A stretch of 32,329 nucleotides of DNA from a virus. Its lineage: Duplodnaviria; Caudoviricetes. Under the pieces are notes generated by a model. It was given only the letters and a program-made list of their open reading frames with translations. It searched no databases and was not told the origin of the DNA. Below are positions 1-8,610 of the stretch, piece after piece (positions within the stretch are counted from its first letter, which is position 1; every line of letters begins with the position of its first letter). The stretch covers positions 1 through 32,329 of IMG/VR virus record IMGVR_UViG_3300005758_000042; one strand, given 5' to 3'. The translations under genes and the position numbers were made by a program.

Positions 1-2
1 AA

Positions 3-257
3 GCCTTGGCACAGCCAGAGCAGGAGCCTGTGGCGTGGGGAATGATGAACGATGACGGGAAGATTTATGACTGCATCTGCCCGGAAGAGCATGACCGGGT
101 TGAAGGGGAGTACACCGTTCCCCTCTACACCACCCCACCACAGCGCAAGCCGCTTTCAAATCAAAAGATCATTGAGATGTACAACGAGCCACGCAGTGAC
201 GCTGAGATGATTGAATTTGCCCGAGCCATCGAAGCCGCACACGGCATTAAGGAGTGA
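3..257 (+). CDS. Hypothetical early protein, probably 5'-truncated by the window edge
   Basis: Frame is open from the window start (ALAQPEQEPVAW...PLYTTPPQRKPL...AIEAAHGIKE), a style common in small phage accessory proteins. Confidence 0.7.
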   Translation, partial: ALAQPEQEPVAWGMMNDDGKIYDCICPEEHDRVEGEYTVPLYTTPPQRKPLSNQKIIEMYNEPRSDAEMIEFARAIEAAHGIKE

Positions 258-263
258 GAGATG
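230..263 (+). repeat. Gene-junction repeat, copy 1 (CGAAGCCGCACACGGCATTAAGGAGTGAGAGATG)
   Basis: 33/34 identical to 1403-1436; encodes EAAHGIKE, stop, SD (AAGGAG) and the next ATG. Confidence 0.9.
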
Positions 264-410
264 GGACAAACTTGGTACACAAAACTTGGCTGGTGGCTTT
301 GCGAAAAGACTGGTCACCTATGGATTCGCAAAGGTTGGATTTACGCAGGGTGCTATCACCGCGAGTGCAGGCTGTGCGGACGCATCATCAGTGAGCCAAT
401 TAAGGAGTGA
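261..410 (+). CDS. 49-aa Cys/His protein, DUF1660-like probable zinc finger (not in ORF track)
   Basis: Manual translation MGQTWYTKLGWWLCEKTGHLWIRKGWIYAGCYHRECRLCGRIISEPIKE*; AAGGAG SD; C-x4-H...CxxC pattern; fills the gap between its neighbours. Confidence 0.75.
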   Translation: MGQTWYTKLGWWLCEKTGHLWIRKGWIYAGCYHRECRLCGRIISEPIKE

Positions 411-416
411 GAGATG
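399..416 (+). repeat. Gene-junction repeat, short copy (ATTAAGGAGTGAGAGATG)
   Basis: Identical to 246-263. Confidence 0.85.
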
Positions 417-659
417 AAAGAAGAATGGCTAATGCCCGGTGCGGTTGTGCCGGTAGATGTAGAAACCACTGCGGCGCTTGTGGCTGAGATCAAGAGGCTT
501 ATCAGCGTTGTGGGTGGGATGGCGTTAAATCAACAGCGCCCATGGGTTGGGCTGACGGATGAGGATAAGCAGAATGCTTTTGATGACACCCAAGAAGGCG
601 GCGGTTTTTGGGAATTTGCTGATGCCATCGAAGCCAAACTCAAGGAGAAGAACACATGA
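414..659 (+). CDS. Hypothetical protein
   Basis: 81 aa, AAGGAG SD; ends RPWVGLTDED...AIEAKLKEKNT; ATGA overlap with the next gene. Confidence 0.75.
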   Translation: MKEEWLMPGAVVPVDVETTAALVAEIKRLISVVGGMALNQQRPWVGLTDEDKQNAFDDTQEGGGFWEFADAIEAKLKEKNT

Positions 660-967
660 AATCGTTGAGCAAGTTACATCAAGAGGCAGTCATCAAGGCG
701 CAGAACGAAACCGACCAAAACAAAGCGGCGGCACTGGCAATGATTGAAACGCCCATTGAGATGATTAAAGCCATCATGCTCAAGCATGAGATAGCTGTCA
801 TTGAGGTGATGCGTGAACTGCACGAATCCCGCGAGGCGGCAGTCAGAGCAGAGCGTGAGGCTATTGCGCAGTCTCTGGACAAACAAGCAGACCTTGCCGC
901 TGATGATATTGACAGACAGTGGGCGATGGAGATGGCGAAGGCAGTTAGATCAAGGAGCAACAAATGA
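656..967 (+). CDS. Hypothetical helical protein
   Basis: 103 aa, AAGGAG SD, ATGA coupling at both ends. Confidence 0.7.
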   Translation: MKSLSKLHQEAVIKAQNETDQNKAAALAMIETPIEMIKAIMLKHEIAVIEVMRELHESREAAVRAEREAIAQSLDKQADLAADDIDRQWAMEMAKAVRSRSNK

Positions 968-1173
968 GTGGAGATCACAACATGAATCAGAAATTCCCAA
1001 ACTCAAACGTCTACTACACAGACACGGTTAAAACATACGCAGAAGGTGTAATGGCAGAAAGACAGCGCATCATCAACTTGTTAATGGTGCAGCACGAGGC
1101 GGCTAAGGGGTCGCACAACTATTGGCACGTTGCGGCAAGTTTAATCAAAGCAGAATCAGGAGAGAACGCATGA
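964..1173 (+). CDS. Hypothetical protein
   Basis: 69 aa, AAGGAG SD, ATGA coupling. Confidence 0.7.
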   Translation: MSGDHNMNQKFPNSNVYYTDTVKTYAEGVMAERQRIINLLMVQHEAAKGSHNYWHVAASLIKAESGENA

Positions 1174-1430
1174 GCAAAGACACAAGATGGGAAAGAAGCA
1201 TTGAGACATTCTCAGACGAGCAGTTGCTGTTTGAGTTGGTGCGCCGCAACGGTTTTCAACGAGCCGCAAAAAGGACAGAATATTGCGGTGAACACTGGAT
1301 GACCAGCACGGTGGGTATTGGCAAAGACCACAGCGTAGCAATCATGATGGATGCAGATGACTTCAAAGAGCTTGCGGCACTTGCTGTTGCGGGGTTTAAA
1401 ACCGAAGCCGCACACGGCATCAAGGAGTGA
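1170..1430 (+). CDS. Hypothetical protein (start moved to ATG 1170)
   Basis: AGGAG SD and ATGA overlap; MSKDTRWERS...EAAHGIKE. Confidence 0.7.
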   Translation: MSKDTRWERSIETFSDEQLLFELVRRNGFQRAAKRTEYCGEHWMTSTVGIGKDHSVAIMMDADDFKELAALAVAGFKTEAAHGIKE

Positions 1431-1436
1431 GAGATG
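1403..1436 (+). repeat. Gene-junction repeat, copy 2
   Basis: CGAAGCCGCACACGGCATCAAGGAGTGAGAGATG, one mismatch to 230-263. Confidence 0.9.
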
Positions 1437-1673
1437 ATCTCAGAGATTGACATTCAAGACTTTACAGAACTTTACAAACTACAGCAGGGAGATACTTTTG
1501 AGTTCGCTGAAGACTCAAGCACTAAGGTTCCTCCAGACGCTAACGAAATTGATCCATTGAAAGTATATAAATTCCTAGGAGTGGACGGAATGTACGCTAA
1601 AATACGTCAACTGCAGGCTTCTGTTGGTACATTGGATTATGTTGTAGCCTGGGCTAAGGTGAGGAAAGTATGA
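1434..1673 (+). CDS. Hypothetical protein
   Basis: 79 aa, SD lies within the junction repeat; ATGA overlap with the primase-helicase. Confidence 0.7.
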   Translation: MISEIDIQDFTELYKLQQGDTFEFAEDSSTKVPPDANEIDPLKVYKFLGVDGMYAKIRQLQASVGTLDYVVAWAKVRKV

Positions 1674-3274
1674 TTCATGAAACAACCTCCGAGTTTGTAC
1701 GCCATGTGGCTTGTGAGCACTGTGGTAGCTCAGACGCCAATGCACTCTATTCTGATGGACACACCTACTGCTTCTCCTGTGGTGTGATAGAATCAGAGTC
1801 CTCGCATGAGGATCGTGAACGATGGAAAGAAGCTGTTAACCGAGCAAACGCTATGAAAACTGAAGGCGAAGTTAAACCGATTCCAGACCGAGGAATCACC
1901 AGGGATACCTGTGAGTACTACAAGGTCACCCAGACAGGTCAGAAGCATATCTACCCATACACCGATGAATCTGCGGCGTATGTGGCCTCTAAAGTCCGCA
2001 CAGTGGCTAACAAGACCTTCTCTGTAGAAGGGCATTGGGGTAAAACCACTCTATTCGGTCAATCCCTGTTTCACAAGGGAGGCAAGTATGTCACCCTGGT
2101 AGAAGGTGAATTGGACGCACTAGCGGCCTTTCAGATGCTCGGGAGCAAGTGGCCTGTGGTATCGGTCAAGAATGGCGCTCAAGCGGCCCTGAAGGACTGT
2201 AAGGCTAACTTTGAGTGGTTGGATTCATTCGAGAGCGTGGTGATCTGCTTTGATGCTGACGAGCCGGGTAAGAAGGCAGCAGCAGAAGTGGCTGAACTGT
2301 TTGGCTCCAAGGCCAAAATTGTTAAACACATTCAAAATTGTAAGGATGCTTGTGATTATCTCAAATCTGGTGAAACGAAGTCTTTTGTGGATTCTTGGTG
2401 GAAAGCTGAAACGTATGTCCCTGATGGAATTGTTGCTGCCAGCACACTCTGGGAGGAAGTGAACACTCCAGAGAAACCAGCAGAGGCTATGTATCCGTTC
2501 AAAGGACTGAACGACCTGCTTTATGGCCTGCGTCCTGCGGAGCTTATTACGGTCACCGCAGGCTCTGGGTTGGGTAAGAGTCAGTTTCTGAGAGAGATTC
2601 TGTTCCATGTATTGAATAACACCAAGTGGAATATCGGTGGGATGTTTCTGGAGGAATCTGTACGCAAGACAGCCCGTAGTATCATGAGCTTGAGGGCTAA
2701 TAAACTGTTACACCTACCGGACACCAAGGTATCGCAGGAGGAACTGAAAGATGCTTTTGAACACACTCTGGGCACTGATAGGATTTTTCTATTTGATCAC
2801 TTCGGTAGCACTTCTTCCGATAATATTCTTAACCGTATCCGGTATATGGCGAAAGCTTGCGATTGTCGTATCATTTTCCTTGATCACTTGTCTATTATTA
2901 TTTCTGGGCAAGACAATGGTGACGAGCGTAAAGCTATCGATGGTTTGATGACAGACCTTCGTACACTGGTGCAGGAACTAGAGATTACATTGATTGTTGT
3001 GTCTCACCTAAAGCGTCCTAACGGTAACCAAGGGCATGAGGATGGTCAGGCAGTGTCATTGAGTCAACTGCGAGGCTCAGGGGCTATCGCTCAGTTATCA
3101 GACGCTGTGATTACCCTAGAGCGTAACTCGATGAGTCCTGATGCTACTGAGAGACATACTACTAAAGTAGCAGTGGCTAAGAATCGTTATAGTGGACTCA
3201 CTGGGCCTGCCTGTGACCTGCGCTACGATACGGATACTGGTAGAATGTTTGAAGTTAAACTGGAGGAACTATGA
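1670..3274 (+). CDS. T7 gp4-like DNA primase-helicase
   Basis: Zn-binding CEHC...CFSC; TOPRIM VEGELD and FDADEPG; Walker A AGSGLGKS; IFLDHLS; QLRGSGAIAQLSD; KNR. Confidence 0.97.
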   Translation: MIHETTSEFVRHVACEHCGSSDANALYSDGHTYCFSCGVIESESSHEDRERWKEAVNRANAMKTEGEVKPIPDRGITRDTCEYYKVTQTGQKHIYPYTDESAAYVASKVRTVANKTFSVEGHWGKTTLFGQSLFHKGGKYVTLVEGELDALAAFQMLGSKWPVVSVKNGAQAALKDCKANFEWLDSFESVVICFDADEPGKKAAAEVAELFGSKAKIVKHIQNCKDACDYLKSGETKSFVDSWWKAETYVPDGIVAASTLWEEVNTPEKPAEAMYPFKGLNDLLYGLRPAELITVTAGSGLGKSQFLREILFHVLNNTKWNIGGMFLEESVRKTARSIMSLRANKLLHLPDTKVSQEELKDAFEHTLGTDRIFLFDHFGSTSSDNILNRIRYMAKACDCRIIFLDHLSIIISGQDNGDERKAIDGLMTDLRTLVQELEITLIVVSHLKRPNGNQGHEDGQAVSLSQLRGSGAIAQLSDAVITLERNSMSPDATERHTTKVAVAKNRYSGLTGPACDLRYDTDTGRMFEVKLEEL

Positions 3275-3447
3275 GCAACTCTGACGGTGGTAAAGGTTCT
3301 AAACCTCGTCCCTTGAGTATCACGGAGCAGGAATACGCAGAGCGTTGGAATGCAATCTTTGGTAGGGACAAGGTAGAGAAGATCATTAATGATGCACGAG
3401 AGTATCTGATGGAACATAAACAAGACAAAGAGAAACAAAATGATTGA
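3271..3447 (+). CDS. 58-aa hypothetical protein (not in ORF track)
   Basis: MSNSDGGKGSKPRPLSITEQEYAERWNAIFGRDK...; GGAGG SD; ATGA overlap with the helicase stop. Confidence 0.75.
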   Translation: MSNSDGGKGSKPRPLSITEQEYAERWNAIFGRDKVEKIINDAREYLMEHKQDKEKQND

Positions 3448-3586
3448 ACACATCATCGTAGGGGCTACAGGAGTGGGTTACGCTATCGTGGGCACACTCC
3501 AGTGGCTCAAAGGGGACTTGCCTAACGGTATGATCTGGGTAGGTTACGCTTTTGCTCAGGTGGGGCTATGGATGAATCTAAAATGA
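3440..3586 (+). CDS. 48-aa small membrane protein (not in ORF track)
   Basis: MIEHIIVGATGVGYAIVGTLQWLKGDLPNGMIWVGYAFAQVGLWMNLK*; two hydrophobic segments; coupled to both neighbours. Confidence 0.7.
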   Translation: MIEHIIVGATGVGYAIVGTLQWLKGDLPNGMIWVGYAFAQVGLWMNLK

Positions 3587-3771
3587 TGGACATTGATACA
3601 CTTGTGGGTAGACTGATGGATCTTGAGAGCAAGTATTATGAGTTACAATCCAAGTATCAAACCCTGATTCACCAATACGAACAATTGAAAACCGATCATG
3701 AGAATTGCCCTCGACATCGAAACGAACTTGGCACACGATACGATCCATTTGTGCGTAACCAAAAACCTTGA
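3583..3771 (+). CDS. Small coiled-coil hypothetical protein
   Basis: ATGA-coupled start; heptad pattern LMDLESKYYELQSKYQTLIHQYEQLK. Confidence 0.6.
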   Translation: MMDIDTLVGRLMDLESKYYELQSKYQTLIHQYEQLKTDHENCPRHRNELGTRYDPFVRNQKP

Positions 3772-5410
3772 CACCGGAGAACTGAAAGTATGGAAAAATC
3801 AAAGTGGCCTAAACGACTATCTAAGCAAGGCTACTCTCCTGATAGCTCACAATGGGATCGCCTTCGATTTCTATCTCCTGAACAAATTATGGAATACGAA
3901 GATCGGCTTGAAGAAGGTGTACGACACATTAGTAGCAAGCAGGCTATTAGAGCCAACGAAAGAGAACGGACACAGCTTGGAAAGCTACGGAAAGCAGCTA
4001 GGTATTCCCAAGATTGACTACCCTGCTGTATGGTCATGGATAATGGACAGACGAGAGGAATACCCAGGAGAATGTTATGATAAGCCGATTGAAGGTTTGC
4101 TTGACTATTATTGCATTAGGGATGTTGACGTACTTGCTCGTACCTTTCACTGGATCAACGATCAACTAGAGTCTAAATGCTTTAGCTTGGACTCTTTGGA
4201 GCTAGAGCATCAAGTAGCTGCAATCATTGCTCAACAAGAACGTAACGGATTCAAACTGGATACCATTCATGCAACCTGCCTACTTACTGACCTCAAAACA
4301 AAAATGGCTGGAATATATGAGCAAATGCAAGAACGATGGCCTCCAGTCACCGTTGAGCGATTCTCAGAAAAGACAGGTAAACGACTCAAAGACGAGATCA
4401 TTACCTTCAATCCTGGTTCAAGAAAGCAAATTGGAGAAAAGCTTCAAGAGCTAGGATGGAAGCCTAAAAAGTTTACCGAGACGGGACAACCTATCGTGGA
4501 TGAAGTTGTATTGATGAACACAGACATTCCTGAAGCTAAGATGATTGCTGAGTTCCTGCTGCTTCAGAAGCGTATTGCTCAGGTGGAGTCTTGGCTAGAA
4601 GCGATGAGTTCAGACGGACGAGTACACGGTAAGGTGATCACCAATGGGGCTGTAACAGGCCGTATGACGCACTCTAAACCTAACATGGCTCAGATCCCTA
4701 ATGCCGGTAGTCTGTATGGCCCTGAGTGTCGCCAATGCTGGACGGTTGATGAAGGAAATGTACTTGTTGGTTGTGATGCTAGTGGTCTTGAGTTGCGTAT
4801 GCTTGCACATTACATGAAAGATGATGAATACACCAAAACAGTCACTGAAGGAACTTCAAAAGATGGCACAGATGTGCACACAGTTAACCAAAAGGCAGCA
4901 GGTCTTGCTACAAGAGATGAAGCTAAGACTTTCATCTACGCCTTCCTATATGGAGCCGGAGATGCAAAAATTGGAAGCATTGTTGGAGGAAACGCTAGTC
5001 ATGGTGCAAAACTTAAAGCAAAGTTTCTTGCAAAAACCCCCGCCCTTGCAGCCTTATTGCAGGCAGTCTCTAAGGCAGCTACGAAAGGATCTGTACGGGG
5101 CTTAGACGGTAGACGTATCTGGATACGCTCCGAACACGCAGCACTTAATAGTCTCCTACAAGGAGCAGGGGCTATCGTGATGAAGAAAGCCCTGGTGATC
5201 TTTAATGATAAAATCAAGGTCAACAAGTGGCCTGTGAAGATGGTAGCCAATGTCCACGATGAGTGGCAGTTTGAGGTTCCTAAGCAACTGGCTGAAGTGA
5301 CTGGAGAAGCTGCAAAGCAATCCATCATTGAAGCTGGGATATATTACAATCTACATTGTCCCTTGGACGGAGAATACAAATATGGAGCCAACTGGCGAGA
5401 AACCCACTGA
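3698..5410 (+). CDS. Family A DNA polymerase with 3'-5' exonuclease
   Basis: Exo motifs ALDIET, AHNGIAFD, YCIRDV; TGRMTHSKPNMAQIP; motif A DASGLELR; motif B KTFIYAFLYG; motif C VHDE. Confidence 0.98.
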   Translation: MRIALDIETNLAHDTIHLCVTKNLDTGELKVWKNQSGLNDYLSKATLLIAHNGIAFDFYLLNKLWNTKIGLKKVYDTLVASRLLEPTKENGHSLESYGKQLGIPKIDYPAVWSWIMDRREEYPGECYDKPIEGLLDYYCIRDVDVLARTFHWINDQLESKCFSLDSLELEHQVAAIIAQQERNGFKLDTIHATCLLTDLKTKMAGIYEQMQERWPPVTVERFSEKTGKRLKDEIITFNPGSRKQIGEKLQELGWKPKKFTETGQPIVDEVVLMNTDIPEAKMIAEFLLLQKRIAQVESWLEAMSSDGRVHGKVITNGAVTGRMTHSKPNMAQIPNAGSLYGPECRQCWTVDEGNVLVGCDASGLELRMLAHYMKDDEYTKTVTEGTSKDGTDVHTVNQKAAGLATRDEAKTFIYAFLYGAGDAKIGSIVGGNASHGAKLKAKFLAKTPALAALLQAVSKAATKGSVRGLDGRRIWIRSEHAALNSLLQGAGAIVMKKALVIFNDKIKVNKWPVKMVANVHDEWQFEVPKQLAEVTGEAAKQSIIEAGIYYNLHCPLDGEYKYGANWRETH

Positions 5411-5576
5411 TTACGATGCACGAATCGTGATTGATGTCAAGGACACTACTTTTATGGTGTCGCATACAGCCAACATTGATCTAGACCAAGTGTACGTAAT
5501 CTTCTTAGCTGCGATAGAATATATGGAGGAACAGGAGTTTGGATTAGATCCAGATAAACCTCGAATCCTGAATTGA
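5382..5576 (+). CDS. Hypothetical protein
   Basis: ATG 5382 with GGAG upstream; MEPTGEKPTDYDARIV... Confidence 0.6.
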   Translation: MEPTGEKPTDYDARIVIDVKDTTFMVSHTANIDLDQVYVIFLAAIEYMEEQEFGLDPDKPRILN

Positions 5577-5622
5577 CAGTCTGGAAAGACAGACATTTTA
5601 TTAACTTTCAAAGGATTGAAAA

Positions 5623-6042
5623 ATGAGTGATTTGAAACCCGTGAAGATCTCTGGTGAACTGTTTTGGACTAAGTGGATGGCTGAGTTCAATACTATGTTT
5701 AACGAAGGTAATGATCGTTACGAGTGTACTATTGGTAATATCTCTGACGAAGATATGGCTAAACTGACTAGCCTGGGTATTCGTGTCAAGTACAAGGATG
5801 CTATGGGTAACTACATCGTTGGCAAGAGCAAGTATCTGTTTGCTCCTTTGGATGCTGATGGTAAGTCTGTGGCTATTGAGGCTCTTGGTAACGGCTCCAA
5901 GTGCGAGGCCCTTATCTCTTCATACAAGCATAAACTGAGTGCTAAACACGGTAATGCTCCGAGTATTCAGAAGATTAAGGTGACTGAGGTGAAGACCTAT
6001 GTGCCTGATGCTAAAGTAGAAGAAGCGGATGACCTCCTCTAA
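5623..6042 (+). CDS. Probable single-stranded DNA-binding protein (gp2.5-like)
   Basis: 139 aa between polymerase and exonuclease; beta-rich with LGNGSK motif; acidic tail EEADDLL; AAGGA SD. Confidence 0.65.
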   Translation: MSDLKPVKISGELFWTKWMAEFNTMFNEGNDRYECTIGNISDEDMAKLTSLGIRVKYKDAMGNYIVGKSKYLFAPLDADGKSVAIEALGNGSKCEALISSYKHKLSAKHGNAPSIQKIKVTEVKTYVPDAKVEEADDLL

Positions 6043-6823
6043 GCTTCCTAAGCTAGCCCTCGTTGACGCAGACGTTCTCGTATATCGGGTAGCGTTTGCG
6101 TCCGAGGACGAAGAAGAGGATATTTGCTTTGCTAGGGCTAAAGAACTCCTCTTTGAAATTGTTTACACGGAGTTGGACTGCAATGACTACAAAGCCTACA
6201 TCACAGGAGCCGGGAATTTTCGATATTTGGTGGCAAAGACAGCCCCCTACAAAGGAAACCGAAAAGACTTCCAAAAGCCCCGACACTACGATGCCCTCAG
6301 AGCCTATCTCCAACGACTCGGAGCAGAGCTTGTCGAAGGGCAAGAAGCAGATGATGCTATCGCCATTGAAGCCTCAAAAGAACCAGGATCTACTTGGATA
6401 GTATCAATTGATAAAGACTTTGATCAAGTACCTGGATGGCACTATAACTTCGTCAAGAAAGAGAAGTATTATGTCACCGAGGATGAAGGAATAAGGAGTT
6501 TCTATACTCAGATTCTGACCGGAGATCGAGTCGATAACATTATTGGTATCAAAGGAATTGGCCCTGTAAAGGCTGAGAAAATTCTGGCAGATTGTAAAAC
6601 AGAAAGGGAATATTATGATGCTTGTGTTAAAGCGTATGATGGGAATATTGAGCGAGTTACCGAGAACGGAGTTCTCTTGTGGTTAAGACGACACCCAAAC
6701 CAGCTGTGGCTTCCTCCTTTACCCTCGCAGGATTCGACTGGACAGTCAGGTACGTTGAGGGAATTACCGAGTACGGACTCTGTAATCCCAGCACCCAAGA
6801 AATCATCCTCCGATCAGGAATGA
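6029..6823 (+). CDS. 5'-3' exonuclease (T7 gp6/FEN-like)
   Basis: LVDADVLVY; NFR...YKGNRK; EADDAI; SIDKDFDQVPG; LTGDRVDNIIGIKGIGPVKA (H3TH). Confidence 0.95.
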   Translation: MTSSKLPKLALVDADVLVYRVAFASEDEEEDICFARAKELLFEIVYTELDCNDYKAYITGAGNFRYLVAKTAPYKGNRKDFQKPRHYDALRAYLQRLGAELVEGQEADDAIAIEASKEPGSTWIVSIDKDFDQVPGWHYNFVKKEKYYVTEDEGIRSFYTQILTGDRVDNIIGIKGIGPVKAEKILADCKTEREYYDACVKAYDGNIERVTENGVLLWLRRHPNQLWLPPLPSQDSTGQSGTLRELPSTDSVIPAPKKSSSDQE

Positions 6824-6963
6824 ATGAACAAATGACGCAGCAGACCTTCTTGCATGAGTTGGTTCATGCGATTCTGTTCACGATGGGTAAGACTAATCAT
6901 GATGAGGAATACACCGATGCCTTTGGCTCATTGCTTCATCAGTATGAGAGGACTAAGGCTTGA
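6679..6963 (+). CDS. Small HExxH metallopeptidase-like protein
   Basis: YGLC...IIL...TFLHELVHAI...EE; GTG start with GGAG upstream. Confidence 0.7.
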   Translation: MVKTTPKPAVASSFTLAGFDWTVRYVEGITEYGLCNPSTQEIILRSGMNEQMTQQTFLHELVHAILFTMGKTNHDEEYTDAFGSLLHQYERTKA

Positions 6964-7307
6964 AAACCAGTAGTGCTAAAGCCAAGGGACGTAACCTACA
7001 GAAGTGGGCTGCTGCAAGGCTCCTAGAGTTCGCACCAGAGCTTGAAGGAGACGATGTTAAGTCCACCTCTATGGGAGCTTCTGGAGAGGATGTAATGCTC
7101 TCTCCTGCTGCTCGTAGGATCTATCCGTGGCAGATTGAGTGCAAGAGTTACGCTCGTATTGCTGTTTATGACTTCTACAATCAAGCCTGCTCACACGGGA
7201 CTCATGAGCCTGTAGTGTTCATTAAACAGAATCAATGTAAGCCTCTTGTTGTCGTAGATGCTGAATACTTTGTAAGGAACTTTAGAAATGCGAGTAAATC
7301 TACTTAA
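6960..7307 (+). CDS. PD-(D/E)xK endonuclease, probable Holliday junction resolvase
   Basis: KAKGRNLQ...GEDV...QIECK pattern; located in the replication module. Confidence 0.8.
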   Translation: MKTSSAKAKGRNLQKWAAARLLEFAPELEGDDVKSTSMGASGEDVMLSPAARRIYPWQIECKSYARIAVYDFYNQACSHGTHEPVVFIKQNQCKPLVVVDAEYFVRNFRNASKST

Positions 7308-7557
7308 AGAGAATGAAGATGGATCAGCAGACTATACTTTTGATCTATCATCAACGGAACAAGATGATTTAGTTCGTTGGGCTATCATGGAAGCAATCAA
7401 ACGAGCAGTAGAAGAAGGAAAGAAATATGACCCGAGTCAGTCTAGTGTGGGTGACTCCACAAGCGGAGGAGAAGGTAGCGTACATGGCTCGGGTGAGCAA
7501 TCCAACGAACCAGAACAACCAGGAGACGGCTTCAAAACTTCTCAAGTACTTGGTTAA
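7288..7557 (+). CDS. Hypothetical protein
   Basis: MRVNLLKENEDGSADYTFDL...; AAGGA SD; low-complexity tail overlaps thyX. Confidence 0.6.
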   Translation: MRVNLLKENEDGSADYTFDLSSTEQDDLVRWAIMEAIKRAVEEGKKYDPSQSSVGDSTSGGEGSVHGSGEQSNEPEQPGDGFKTSQVLG

Positions 7558-8083
7558 AAACAAGCACTGGAGTCCTTTTGAGATGGTCAATGTCTGTATG
7601 GAGATTGAAACCACCAGAGACATTGCTCGTCAGATCCTGCGGCATCGTAGCTTCTCCTTCCAGGAGTTCAGTCAACGGTATGCAGTAGCTGAAGGGTTTA
7701 ACATTCGTGAATGCCGTAAGCAAGACGCCGTAAACCGTCAGAATAGCCTAGAAGTGGATATGACCGAACACGATGATCGTTATCTAGCTACTTGGTGGGA
7801 CGGAGTACAGAATAGACTGCTTAAAGAGGCTGAGTTCCTGTATCAAGCTGCTCTCAGTAAAGGTATCGCTAAAGAGGTAGCCCGTAGTCTACTTCCTGAA
7901 GGCCTGACAACCTCTAGGATGTACATGAATGGAACCTTACGTAGCTGGCTCCATTACATTGACATTCGTTGCGATAAGGCTACACAAAAGGAACACCGTG
8001 AGGTAGCAGATAAATGTCGGGATATAATCTTTGAGCAGTTTCCTTCTATTAAAGAGGTCTTGAATGAAAATTCGGTTCATTAA
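7427..8083 (+). CDS. thyX: Flavin-dependent thymidylate synthase
   Basis: HWSPFE; signature RQILRHRSFSFQEFSQRY; KEVARSLLP; TQKEHR. Confidence 0.97.
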   Translation: MTRVSLVWVTPQAEEKVAYMARVSNPTNQNNQETASKLLKYLVKNKHWSPFEMVNVCMEIETTRDIARQILRHRSFSFQEFSQRYAVAEGFNIRECRKQDAVNRQNSLEVDMTEHDDRYLATWWDGVQNRLLKEAEFLYQAALSKGIAKEVARSLLPEGLTTSRMYMNGTLRSWLHYIDIRCDKATQKEHREVADKCRDIIFEQFPSIKEVLNENSVH

Positions 8084-8246
8084 GACAGACTTTAATACGT
8101 ACATTGAACTTGGAGGTGTTATGGTAGGGTACTTCACTAAGAGATACAACGGTAACCTTATGTGCAGTTTCATGTCAGAACAGCCGCTGAAGTTAGATGA
8201 ACTTGCTCAGATTTACGACAAGATGGAGGAACTAAATGGAGCTTGA
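8064..8246 (+). CDS. Hypothetical protein
   Basis: 60 aa, GAGG SD, packed in the operon. Confidence 0.6.
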   Translation: MKIRFIKTDFNTYIELGGVMVGYFTKRYNGNLMCSFMSEQPLKLDELAQIYDKMEELNGA

Positions 8247-8610
8247 AGAATATTTCCACTCAATCCAACAGGAGAAACCCATGATTCATAAAGATACTGT
8301 AGTTACCATTAGCATTGATCAAGATAATCACGATCTTGCAGACTTTCCTGATTCTTATGTTCAACAACGCAATGCTTACTCTGTCCCCACATGGATGGAG
8401 GTTCTTGAGGACTTGATTAAGGTTCTGGAACTATATTATGGTTATGGTATTCGTGAGCACGTATACTATGCTGTCAAGTCCCCCATATTTGACCACAATG
8501 TTTCACCTGCTCCTGGGCGTGAACTTAATCAAGACTTGTTTATGGAGTTGTTGCAAGACAATCCTGAATTGAACAACGGTGGTGAACACAAGGTCATGAG
8601 CCGGGAATGA
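8236..8610 (+). CDS. Hypothetical acidic protein
   Basis: 124 aa, GGAGG SD; a second in-frame ATG at 8281 has an AGGAG SD. Confidence 0.65.
   Translation: MELEEYFHSIQQEKPMIHKDTVVTISIDQDNHDLADFPDSYVQQRNAYSVPTWMEVLEDLIKVLELYYGYGIREHVYYAVKSPIFDHNVSPAPGRELNQDLFMELLQDNPELNNGGEHKVMSRE

Noticed and set aside
211-417. 68-aa ORF from the track
   Set aside because: The 261-410 frame has a proper SD, coupling and a Cys/His motif and fits better.
230-1436. Junction repeats as integron attC or IS ends
   Set aside because: Direct coding repeats without attC hairpin structure; no integrase or transposase in the window.
5573-5602. TTGACA upstream of the SSB gene as a promoter
   Set aside because: No convincing -10 at 16-18 bp spacing.
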